A stretch of 64,000 nt of DNA from a virus. The position numbers and the translations under genes are program-made. This document shows, piece by piece, positions 27,186 to 34,693 of the stretch. How positions within the stretch are numbered: the first letter of the stretch is position 1; each line of letters begins with the position of its first letter. Where the stretch lies: IMG/VR virus record IMGVR_UViG_3300021960_000046, positions 1-64,000 of that record, one strand, 5' to 3'. A model generated the notes under the pieces. That model was not told the DNA's origin. It did not search any database and worked only from the letters and a program-made list of their open reading frames with translations.

Positions 27186-27510
27186 TGTTCCTCAAATATG
27201 CAATTAAGCCATCATGTTTAGGTTCTAGTTCGATTTGACAGGACAACCTACTGAGTCCTGGTTTATAGTCTTTTTCGTATTCTAATAAGTCAATTTCAGG
27301 ACTATTATAAGCCATTTCATCTAATTTGTCAAGCCACCTTTCATCAATATACACATGACAAGTACCACACGCACAACAACCACCACAGGTGGCTGGTATT
27401 TCTTCGATAGGAACAGGTGAATGAAACTTGGCAGCCTCCATAAGAGTAGTACCTACAGGCACTTCAACTCTTATCTTGGAGCCGTCTCTGACAAAATATA
27501 CCGTAACCAT
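27172..27510 (-). CDS. fdx: 2Fe-2S ferredoxin (adrenodoxin/ISC-type)
   Basis: CGGCCACGTCHV and SRLSCQI. Confidence 0.9.
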   Translation of the reverse strand: MVTVYFVRDGSKIRVEVPVGTTLMEAAKFHSPVPIEEIPATCGGCCACGTCHVYIDERWLDKLDEMAYNSPEIDLLEYEKDYKPGLSRLSCQIELEPKHDGLIAYLRNNELL

Positions 27511-27511
27511 T

Positions 27512-27844
27512 TTAAAGTTTTGGTAGTTTTGCTTCTGTTATGAATTTACTTTCTTGAGCTGACGGTTGTAAAATACCTGAGGTATTTTCTTCGTAGTTCT
27601 TTTTGATATCTGATTTAGGATTAATCATTGTGATAACTTTATCAATCATCACTTTAACTTCGCCGTCATCTGTATAAGGTTGCCATGGTGACAACATCAA
27701 CTGAATTGGTTGTCCTGGTGCCATCTGTCTTGGAATTAAGACAAACGATTTTTTTAATACAATGTGGTCAGCATATTCATCAATATCACCGATTACATCT
27801 TCGCCTGTTGTTAGACGAATAATTTTAACATTCTTCATATTCAC
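27512..27844 (-). CDS. Conserved T4-like hypothetical protein (Sm-like beta fold likely)
   Basis: VKIIRLTTGEDVIG...PWQPY; similar to 47780..48217. Confidence 0.65.
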   Translation of the reverse strand: MNMKNVKIIRLTTGEDVIGDIDEYADHIVLKKSFVLIPRQMAPGQPIQLMLSPWQPYTDDGEVKVMIDKVITMINPKSDIKKNYEENTSGILQPSAQESKFITEAKLPKL

Positions 27845-27857
27845 TCCTTGTTATCAT

Positions 27858-27886
27858 AATATAACACAACTAATTCAATTAGTCAA
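27858..27886 (-). promoter_or_regulatory. sigma70-type promoter
   Basis: TTGACT-17-TATATT upstream of the fdx/gp43 unit. Confidence 0.65.
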
Positions 27887-29267
27887 TGCTGTATTTGGTT
27901 GTTATTACATATTTTCTTTGAGGGTTAACCATTACATTTAATTTGTTCATAAATGCACGGTCAAATAGAATAAGACTTCTCTCATCTCTATCGTCCAAAG
28001 TAAATTCTACATCTTTATAGAGACCGCCTGCAAACTCCACATCAAGTTTGATAACATATCTGGTCTCATCATAATCTCTTAAGCCGCCTACTGATATGTC
28101 TTCTTTACGAATAATGTTTGAGGTTATAGTCTTACCCAAAAGAGTCCATCTAATTTGTTTACCATCCACCTTATACTTATCAGCGTGTATAACTGGCATG
28201 CCTGAATTACCAGTATCAAACTTAGCAACGATTTCCCCAAAAGGTTTAATTGTGACCACTTCTTTATAGCCACACTCCGTTGGTGTTTTATACCGGTTAT
28301 TTTTATCAGCAAAGTAGTTGATAACAATGTTAGATATATTAAGTTTAGTCGCATCCTCAATTCCCTCAGTACCAGGTGATGAATTCACCTCTAACATAAA
28401 CGGCGGTTCTTTCTCCCTATTTTTACTAGGTATGAAATCAACTGCCGACCAATGTCCGTTTACTGCCTTAGCAGCTCTTAGACTTTCTTCAATTTCTAAT
28501 TCTGTAAGTTCTATCTTTTCTGGTACAGAACCTTGTGATACATTTGACCTGAAGTCGCCTTCAATAACTGGTCGTTTCATAGCTGCAATTACTTTGCCAC
28601 CTAAAATATGTACCCTTACATCATAATCTGTTTTAATATATTGTTGTGCTAATAAATCTGTGTCTTCATCTTGTTTATGAATTAATTGTACAATACTATC
28701 TAAACCTTTTTCTGTATCAACAAATAATACACCAACACCTTTAGAACCTCTAAGTGTTTTTAGAATAATAGGAAACTTTAAACCAGCTTCTTCAACTAGT
28801 TCTACTGATTTTTCGGGGTCATTGATAAGAATAGTTTTAGGTTCTGTTAAACCATAATCTGCAAGTCTTAATGAAGTTCTATACTTGTCTGCACAAATAT
28901 TAATACTTTGTCTGTTGTTTACACAACATACATTGGCTCTTTCTAAGATAGACACAAAGTCCATCCAACTATCTTTTCTGACAACACTACCACGAATGAT
29001 TGCAACGGTATCACTATCAATTTCAAAACCTTTTTTATCATCTTGGTTATGAAATCTACGAACACCGTCCTCGTAAGTAGTATAACCGCCAGTAAGTTTA
29101 AAAAGATAGTGTGGATATTTTAACTTATCACACTCTTCTCTAAGTCTATCAGCAGTATGAAATTCTTTTGCCTTTTCTGGTTCATCTGTAATGATGAGCA
29201 GACGCAAGAATTTTTCTTTATCTACTTTAGCTTCTGTTAAATAGTCTTTAAATTTTGGTACTTGCAT
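27879..29267 (-). CDS. RimK-like ATP-grasp ligase fused to RimB-like (retropepsin-fold) peptidase
   Basis: DKY, ILKTLRGSKGVGV, QQYI, DVRV, FRSNVSQG, LEVNSSPG; C-terminal AKFDTGN and FTLDDR. Confidence 0.85.
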   Translation of the reverse strand: MQVPKFKDYLTEAKVDKEKFLRLLIITDEPEKAKEFHTADRLREECDKLKYPHYLFKLTGGYTTYEDGVRRFHNQDDKKGFEIDSDTVAIIRGSVVRKDSWMDFVSILERANVCCVNNRQSINICADKYRTSLRLADYGLTEPKTILINDPEKSVELVEEAGLKFPIILKTLRGSKGVGVLFVDTEKGLDSIVQLIHKQDEDTDLLAQQYIKTDYDVRVHILGGKVIAAMKRPVIEGDFRSNVSQGSVPEKIELTELEIEESLRAAKAVNGHWSAVDFIPSKNREKEPPFMLEVNSSPGTEGIEDATKLNISNIVINYFADKNNRYKTPTECGYKEVVTIKPFGEIVAKFDTGNSGMPVIHADKYKVDGKQIRWTLLGKTITSNIIRKEDISVGGLRDYDETRYVIKLDVEFAGGLYKDVEFTLDDRDERSLILFDRAFMNKLNVMVNPQRKYVITTKYSID

Positions 29268-29702
29268 TTACTTGCCATCTGTTTCACTTTCGCCAGGTTT
29301 TTTACCTATATTATATTTAGCTGTCAAGTTCCAGTCATTTTTTTCTTTATAAGGTAAAACCTTTATCTGGCTTAGTGGTGCTTTGTTGTCAACACTATCC
29401 TTTTTAACGATATCAATTAAGTTCCAATCTTGTAATAGTAGCGCAATTGTATTTCTTCTTTGAATATCATTTTCAACCAAAGTAGATTTCTTACCATCTA
29501 AAGCAAATAACTCTTTAAAATGGGTAATATAATACTTACCTTGTTTGTGTAAAATATGACAAGATTGATATAGGGTTTTGTCTTTACGACTTGCAACACC
29601 TATTCTCGTCAAGGTCTCTCTAACCTTTAGAAAATCATCTGGTTGTTTGATTGTTACCTCAAGCATATCTGCCTGAGACCATTTTATAATCTCTTCACTC
29701 AT
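29268..29702 (-). CDS. regA: Translational repressor
   Basis: PDDFLKVRETLTRIGVAS...LYQSCHILHKQG.YYITHFKELF. Confidence 0.95.
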   Translation of the reverse strand: MSEEIIKWSQADMLEVTIKQPDDFLKVRETLTRIGVASRKDKTLYQSCHILHKQGKYYITHFKELFALDGKKSTLVENDIQRRNTIALLLQDWNLIDIVKKDSVDNKAPLSQIKVLPYKEKNDWNLTAKYNIGKKPGESETDGK

Positions 29703-30094
29703 TTTTTTCTCCCACCCTTTTCCAAGGACTTTTTAATTAGTTCCAATTGTTCATCATTTAGTATGGTTAGAGCTTCTTTTGCTTTTTCATTACTATAGCC
29801 ATAATACTCTTTCACATACTCCATGTCTTTAATCTTCGATTGTGATAACCATTTACCACCAAATCGCTTTTTCTTACGGATACTATTTATATAAAAGTCA
29901 AATTGTACTTTTTTGTCAAGGAAGTGGAAGCCATTCATCTCATTGGCTTGTGCTATACAATCGTAATGCATTGACAGGCAACGATTGATAATGTAAGGAG
30001 AATATTTTTTCTCCCACATAATATCATCACTATCTAATAGTTTTTCTTTAGATGTATTGATAGCGTTTAGATAATCTTTTAGTTCATAACTCAT
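29699..30094 (-). CDS. gp62: Clamp loader small subunit
   Basis: YSPYIINRCLS...KEYYGYSNEKA; synteny with regA. Confidence 0.9.
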   Translation of the reverse strand: MSYELKDYLNAINTSKEKLLDSDDIMWEKKYSPYIINRCLSMHYDCIAQANEMNGFHFLDKKVQFDFYINSIRKKKRFGGKWLSQSKIKDMEYVKEYYGYSNEKAKEALTILNDEQLELIKKSLEKGGRKK

Positions 30095-30110
30095 AATATA
30101 TTAACCTCAA

Positions 30111-30186
30111 TGGTGCCCTCTGACGGAATTGAACCGCCAACCTACTGATTACAAATCAGTTGCTCTACCAATTGAGCTAAGAGGGC
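30111..30186 (-). tRNA. trnT: tRNA-Thr(UGU)
   Basis: GCCCTCT acceptor stem, anticodon loop TT-TGT-AA, GGTTCAATTCC T-arm, encoded CCA. Confidence 0.95.
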
Positions 30187-30191
30187 AAATT

Positions 30192-30266
30192 TGGAGCGGG
30201 TGACAGGATTCGCACCTGCGACATTTTCGTTGGCAACGAAATGCTCTACTCCTGAGCTACACCCGC
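30192..30266 (-). tRNA. trnG: tRNA-Gly(GCC), atypical D/T loops
   Basis: GCGGGTG/CACCCGC acceptor stem, U73 plus CCA, loop TT-GCC-AA; T-loop TGCGAAT. Confidence 0.88.
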
Positions 30267-30272
30267 TTATAC

Positions 30273-31217
30273 TCATTTAAATTTACAACTCGCCATAATC
30301 TCAGTTAGACAAGCAATTAAGTTAATTTCCTGGTCGGCAACAAAGGCAGCCTTGTATTGATAACCAGCGACAATTAATATCATCTGAGGTACAGACGAAG
30401 CCTCTAACGCATTGGTTAGAACATCATATACACCTCTGAATAAAGAAGATGGTTCTTTGTCTAAGTTCTGAACAACCCATTTACGCATATCATTAAATCG
30501 TTTCTCTTTTAAAGAAGCGACCAACTCTTTGTTATTGGCTTCAGATAAACTAAACAAAATACCACTATCAATTTTACCCCTTACAGAATATCTTTGTAGT
30601 TCATTTATAGTTCTACGAAAGTCTGGATAGTATTTCTGAATTAACTCAGCCAATACTTTAGGGTCATATTCAACCTCTTCTTTCTTTAGAATGTCCTGTA
30701 ATCTAGTTAGAAGTTGTTTGGCAGTTTTTACTTTCTGGCCATTAACAATTCTAAAATCAATTACGGTACATCTACTATGTAGAGGTTCAATGATTTTGTT
30801 TTTGAAATTACAAGTAAAGATAAATCTACAATTCTTGTAAAATGTTTCGATAAAATTACGCAAAGCAGGTTGTACGGACTCGGCATTCATATAGTCTGCC
30901 TCATCAATAATAACTACTTTGTGGTTTGCCTCTGCCGTTAGAGAAACGGTTGAAGCAAAGTTCTTAATCTTGTGTCGTAGTGTATCAATTTGACGGCCTT
31001 CATCTGAACCGTTAATGATAATATAATCTACGCCTAGTTGTTCACATAAAGCACGAGCAACGGTAGTCTTACCAGTACCTTGTGTACCTGATAATAGTAA
31101 ATTTGGTAACTCGCCTTGTTTTAGAAAACTTTTGAAAGTCTCTTTAGTATCTTCAGCTAAAATACAATCATCAATTGTCTTTGGCCGATACTTTTCTACC
31201 CATAAATGGTCTGACAT
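30273..31217 (-). CDS. gp44: Clamp loader large subunit
   Basis: LWVEKYRP, GTQGTGKTT, IIDEAD, LHSRC, PDFRR. Confidence 0.96.
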   Translation of the reverse strand: MSDHLWVEKYRPKTIDDCILAEDTKETFKSFLKQGELPNLLLSGTQGTGKTTVARALCEQLGVDYIIINGSDEGRQIDTLRHKIKNFASTVSLTAEANHKVVIIDEADYMNAESVQPALRNFIETFYKNCRFIFTCNFKNKIIEPLHSRCTVIDFRIVNGQKVKTAKQLLTRLQDILKKEEVEYDPKVLAELIQKYYPDFRRTINELQRYSVRGKIDSGILFSLSEANNKELVASLKEKRFNDMRKWVVQNLDKEPSSLFRGVYDVLTNALEASSVPQMILIVAGYQYKAAFVADQEINLIACLTEIMASCKFK

Positions 31218-31239
31218 TTTTTCCTCACTTGTTTCATAA

Positions 31240-31797
31240 TTAATAATTCTTAAAGTATATATTGAAAGACAAACTTATTCTCTCGCTATCTGTTAAATTA
31301 GTATCTATACTATGTAGGAGATAACCAGGAAATAAAATTAATTTACCTACATTTGGTTTATGGCCAAATGGTCTTCCAGCATAATGTTTAAAGATTGATG
31401 AATTCGTTTGATACGCTGGTGTATAAAACTTTATATCGCCATCATCACCACTTGTTTGGTAATAATATACTCCAGATATATCAGCAGTACCATGGTCGTG
31501 TTTATGTCCATAATTACCAGGTTTGAATAATGAAAACCAAGATATGGTTTTATATTCAGGCATATGATAATTTATTTCGTTACAATAAACAGGTAAGTTT
31601 TCATCTAATACTTGTTGAAAGTGTTTGAATGTAAATGTACTATCAAAGTCACCTCCTAAGTAATGAGATTTCCACTCATCATGGTATTTGAATTCAACCG
31701 TTTTCAACAACTCAGATAATTCGGTTTGCACATTGTTTAATTGTGGACCTGTTATCTGATTATAATATATTGGTGTTGAAAAAGGTGTTTCAATCAT
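31240..31797 (-). CDS. 2OG-Fe(II) oxygenase (TIGR02466-like)
   Basis: PFSTPIY, HDH, ISGVYY, LFPGYLLH, RISLSFN. Confidence 0.85.
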   Translation of the reverse strand: MIETPFSTPIYYNQITGPQLNNVQTELSELLKTVEFKYHDEWKSHYLGGDFDSTFTFKHFQQVLDENLPVYCNEINYHMPEYKTISWFSLFKPGNYGHKHDHGTADISGVYYYQTSGDDGDIKFYTPAYQTNSSIFKHYAGRPFGHKPNVGKLILFPGYLLHSIDTNLTDSERISLSFNIYFKNY

Positions 31798-32095
31798 TCA
31801 CTTGTTCATCTTCATCATAAGAAAAGGTAACTTCATATCCACCTTTTCTGTCTGTCCACCAATCATCTTCTCGTTCATAGTCACACTCACTTACAAACTC
31901 CCAAAACTTATCGTTTTCTTCGTCTGTAGGTTCTTCGCCAATAGGTTCTATTTTAGAACCAAACTGCTGTTCTTGGTGTGATAAGATTTCTTTAAATCTT
32001 TGTACTGAACCGAAATCTTGTATGATGAATTCATCATCTACATCATACTTGAATTCAGAAGCTACTTGGTGCCACTCAGTTTTGCTGAATTGCAT
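31790..32095 (-). CDS. Acidic hypothetical protein
   Basis: 101-aa ORF tightly packed between neighbours. Confidence 0.65.
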   Translation of the reverse strand: MQFSKTEWHQVASEFKYDVDDEFIIQDFGSVQRFKEILSHQEQQFGSKIEPIGEEPTDEENDKFWEFVSECDYEREDDWWTDRKGGYEVTFSYDEDEQVND

Positions 32096-32097
32096 AA

Positions 32098-32763
32098 TTA
32101 AAACTCACTATCAGGTTCTACAGCAATCCAGTATTGCACTTTGGTTGTTTTGTTAATGAAATGACTAATCTTTTGTGAAGAGATAGCAACATCATAATCA
32201 CCATTAATTAACTTAAAGTTCTCTTTCTTAAAGAAAGCCTTAAAGGTTTTATCAGTTGTACCAATTTCTGATACATAGTCATTAGTAGAAGAATCCTTCT
32301 TATCAAACGCAACCAACTTAATAACCTTACCATCACCTTGAATTGAAATATCTGGTAGATTTAGTTGTGTAGCCACTTTCATAAGTTTATCGAATACACC
32401 CTTAACTAAAGTAAAGGTAACAAACTTATCTGGCATTGTGATTGATTTTGATGGCGTCATCAAAACGGATTTATCAGCGAATACATATTTAATCTTAGAC
32501 TTACTATTATCATCTACAATGTGTAGAGATTGTCCACCATTAAATTGTAATGTACTCTTATCAAACAATTCAATAGCTCGTAAGAAATCTGGCAATTTAT
32601 ATACACCAAATTCCTGTTCAAAGGTTTCATCAATTGTTGCTTCTGCTAATACATTCTTTTGATTTGAAATCGTAGAGATTGTATTACCAGGTTTGAACAA
32701 AATGTTCTCGTTAATATCAGCAAAGTTTTTTAATACTGACATTGTGTTAGCACTCAAATTCAT
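32098..32763 (-). CDS. gp45: Sliding clamp
   Basis: LKNFADIN, FGVYKL..FL, YWIAVEPDS; synteny. Confidence 0.93.
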   Translation of the reverse strand: MNLSANTMSVLKNFADINENILFKPGNTISTISNQKNVLAEATIDETFEQEFGVYKLPDFLRAIELFDKSTLQFNGGQSLHIVDDNSKSKIKYVFADKSVLMTPSKSITMPDKFVTFTLVKGVFDKLMKVATQLNLPDISIQGDGKVIKLVAFDKKDSSTNDYVSEIGTTDKTFKAFFKKENFKLINGDYDVAISSQKISHFINKTTKVQYWIAVEPDSEF

Positions 32764-32791
32764 AATATATTTTCTCCTTCATAATATTATT

Positions 32792-32865
32792 TGGAGCGGA
32801 TGAGTGGTACTGCCCCACTTTCATTTGATTGGAAATCAAATATAATACTTTTATACGACATCCGC
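32792..32865 (-). tRNA. trnG: tRNA-Gly(UCC), atypical D/T loops
   Basis: GCGGATG/CATCCGC acceptor stem, U73 plus CCA, loop TT-TCC-AA; T-loop GGCAGTA. Confidence 0.8.
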
Positions 32866-32872
32866 ATTATTC

Positions 32873-32919
32873 AATATACACTAGATGGCCGTCTTTGTCA
32901 AGCCTAGGACGGCCATCTA
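32873..32919 (-). promoter_or_regulatory. sigma70 promoter for tRNA-Gly/gp45 embedded in a 12-bp inverted repeat
   Basis: TTGACA(32896..32901)-17-TATATT(32873..32878); TAGATGGCCGTC arms flank the -35 box. Confidence 0.75.
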
Positions 32920-32929
32920 ATTTTACTTC

Positions 32930-33169
32930 TTAGTCTTTCTTAGTTACAAATGAATATAACTCAGCAGCCTGTTTCATCACCTCGGTTGGTGAATACATTT
33001 TAGGCAAATACTTTTCAGTATATTCAGTTATATCTTTGTTTGCTTCTTTTACTTTGTTTAGATTTTCATAAAAGATACCAACTTGTGTATCATATGCTTT
33101 ATCTAACATTTCTTTAGCCATTGCTAAAGTATCGAAACGAATTTCGAATGGGTTTTTTCCACTTGACAT
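32930..33169 (-). CDS. Conserved small phage protein (start revised to MSSGKNPFEIR)
   Basis: AGGAG RBS before ATG 33169; NPFEIR..LAMAK...A.ELYSFV motif. Confidence 0.7.
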   Translation of the reverse strand: MSSGKNPFEIRFDTLAMAKEMLDKAYDTQVGIFYENLNKVKEANKDITEYTEKYLPKMYSPTEVMKQAAELYSFVTKKD

Positions 33170-33201
33170 AATTTTCTCCTTTGTGTCTGTGTTGTGTGTT
33201 A

Positions 33202-33226
33202 AGGTGGCGGAATATTCCCGCCACCA
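33202..33226 (-). terminator. GC-rich hairpin after hsp20
   Basis: GGTGGCGG-N7-CCGCCACC perfect stem, weak U-tract. Confidence 0.55.
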
Positions 33227-33242
33227 ATATATATCCAATTAA

Positions 33243-33686
33243 CTATTTAACTTCAATAGTCTTTGGTTGTTTGTGTTCTGGAATAATTCTTTCCAAAGAC
33301 ACTTTTAAAAGGCCGTCTTTTAGTTCGGCACCTTTAACTTCAACATCATCAGCGATTGTAAAAGCTTTAGAGAAATATCTTTTAGCGATACCCTTATGGA
33401 TAACACCATCTTCCTCGTTATCTTCTTTTTCTTCTTTGATTGATTTGATAGTTAATACACCATCTTCCAAAGATACATCAATATCTTTTTTAGAATAACC
33501 TGCTAATGCAAGTTCAACATCATAGGTATTTTTACCTGTCTTTACAATGTTGTATGGTGGGAAATTAGGGACAGAAAGTCCTCTAAAGTCGTCTTCAAAC
33601 ATTCTTTCGAAATGGTCAAAGACATTATCAAAACCGATTGTTACCGGTCTTAATTGATTGAATATACTTAGTGCTTTGTTTGTCAT
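33243..33686 (-). CDS. hsp20: Small heat-shock protein Hsp20 (IbpA-like)
   Basis: IGFD, FPPYNIVK, ELALAGY, HKGIAKRYF, LKDGLL. Confidence 0.95.
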   Translation of the reverse strand: MTNKALSIFNQLRPVTIGFDNVFDHFERMFEDDFRGLSVPNFPPYNIVKTGKNTYDVELALAGYSKKDIDVSLEDGVLTIKSIKEEKEDNEEDGVIHKGIAKRYFSKAFTIADDVEVKGAELKDGLLKVSLERIIPEHKQPKTIEVK

Positions 33687-33754
33687 ACAAACCTCCTTTT
33701 ATTAAGCAAAGTTTATTGTTATTAAATGAAAGCCCATTATGGCACTTTCACATT
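33687..33754 (-). promoter_or_regulatory. ROSE-like RNA thermometer in the hsp20 5' UTR
   Basis: AAACUUUGCUU-AAUAA-AAGGAGGUUU hairpin pairs UUGCU with the SD, with a bulged G; a second hairpin lies upstream. Confidence 0.7.
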
Positions 33755-33786
33755 TATTTATATAGGTATTCATTTTAAAATGTCAA
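33755..33786 (-). promoter_or_regulatory. hsp20 promoter: TTGACA box plus TATAAATA
   Basis: TTGACA at 33781..33786; TATAAATA at 33755..33762. Confidence 0.65.
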
Positions 33787-34008
33787 CCCATAATGTATAA
33801 TTAATCCTACACCAAGAATTACTATCTGTGGTGTAAAATTGAGAAGAATACTCTTCTCTTGCCATTTGATACCCACATAGGTCCATAGAATAGCACCTAA
33901 CATGTGTACTATGACATTATAAGGGTATGCTTCTGGTATTGTGTGTAATGCTATCGCTATTAATATAGTCGAAGCAGCCACATACTTTATAATATTCACC
34001 ATTTTCAT
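33775..34008 (-). CDS. Small multi-pass membrane protein
   Basis: 77 aa, three hydrophobic segments, YPYN..GAILW pattern. Confidence 0.65.
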   Translation of the reverse strand: MKMVNIIKYVAASTILIAIALHTIPEAYPYNVIVHMLGAILWTYVGIKWQEKSILLNFTPQIVILGVGLIIHYGLTF

Positions 34009-34020
34009 ATCCTCATATAA

Positions 34021-34336
34021 GTGGTAGTTTCGGTTTAGGGTCTTAAACTACCAAAGAGAGCCGCAGCTTTAGTTTGGAGATTATAGAGGTGAAACTAAGC
34101 GCAAATGCTAAAACCCCTCTGTATCTGGTAGTGGTAGGCCTCACCCACTTTTACCCTAGTATCTACTTAAAGACACATTTCCCGAGGTCACGCTAGCGAC
34201 CTTTTACGGCTACGAAGGCCAATGGACCAGATAAGGTGGTAGTTTTGATAAAGCAGACTACCAACTGCTGACTATTCGGATTGAACCGAGGCGTCACCCC
34301 TTCCATCGCTGGAGGTCTTACGAATTGCCTCCACAT
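34021..34336 (-). ncRNA. Large structured non-coding RNA candidate with two H-type pseudoknots
   Basis: ORF-free, GC-richer than flanks, many nested stems identifiable by eye, AATAAATA late-type promoter at 34339..34346. Confidence 0.7.
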
Positions 34337-34382
34337 ACTATTTATTACACTTCACGGCACAGCAGATGGAACGAAATCTCTA

Positions 34383-34586
34383 TTATTTCATTCTTTCAAG
34401 TTTAGCTAATCGCTTTTTAGTATTTTTAATACCTTGCTTCTTAGCCTCTCTACGAATTTCTGAAGGTTTCATATAGTATTGTCTATCTCTAATTTCTTTG
34501 ATAAGACCCTCTTTCTGAACCTTTCTTTTAAGAACACGCATAGCCTGTTCTAAATTGCCATTTCTTACTTTTATTTCTATCGCCAA
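34383..34586 (-). CDS. rpsU: Ribosomal protein S21 (bS21)
   Basis: IKVRNGNLEQAMRVLKRKVQKEG..KEIRDRQYYMKPSE.RR; TTG start. Confidence 0.93.
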   Translation of the reverse strand: MAIEIKVRNGNLEQAMRVLKRKVQKEGLIKEIRDRQYYMKPSEIRREAKKQGIKNTKKRLAKLERMK

Positions 34587-34605
34587 ATTATACTTTAACC
34601 TTTCT

Positions 34606-34686
34606 TGTCCTTTTCAAAAAAGTGGTGGTAGGGACACTACCCCCTACCACCGTTTCGAAAGGACACTCTTCGCTTAATGCGAAGAA
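34606..34686 (-). promoter_or_regulatory. Structured rpsU leader with nested terminator-like hairpin
   Basis: GGUGGUAGGG/CCCUACCACC stem plus U-tract inside an outer UGUCCUUU/AAAGGACA stem; preceding UCUUCGC/GCGAAGA hairpin. Confidence 0.6.
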
Positions 34687-34693
34687 TTGAGTA

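Noticed and set aside
34021-34336. Structured RNA as tmRNA, RNase P RNA, tRNA cluster or self-splicing intron
   Set aside because: I found no tRNA-like ends with T-arm/CCA, no RNase P GAGGAAAGUCC-type core, and it does not interrupt a gene; left as unassigned ncRNA.
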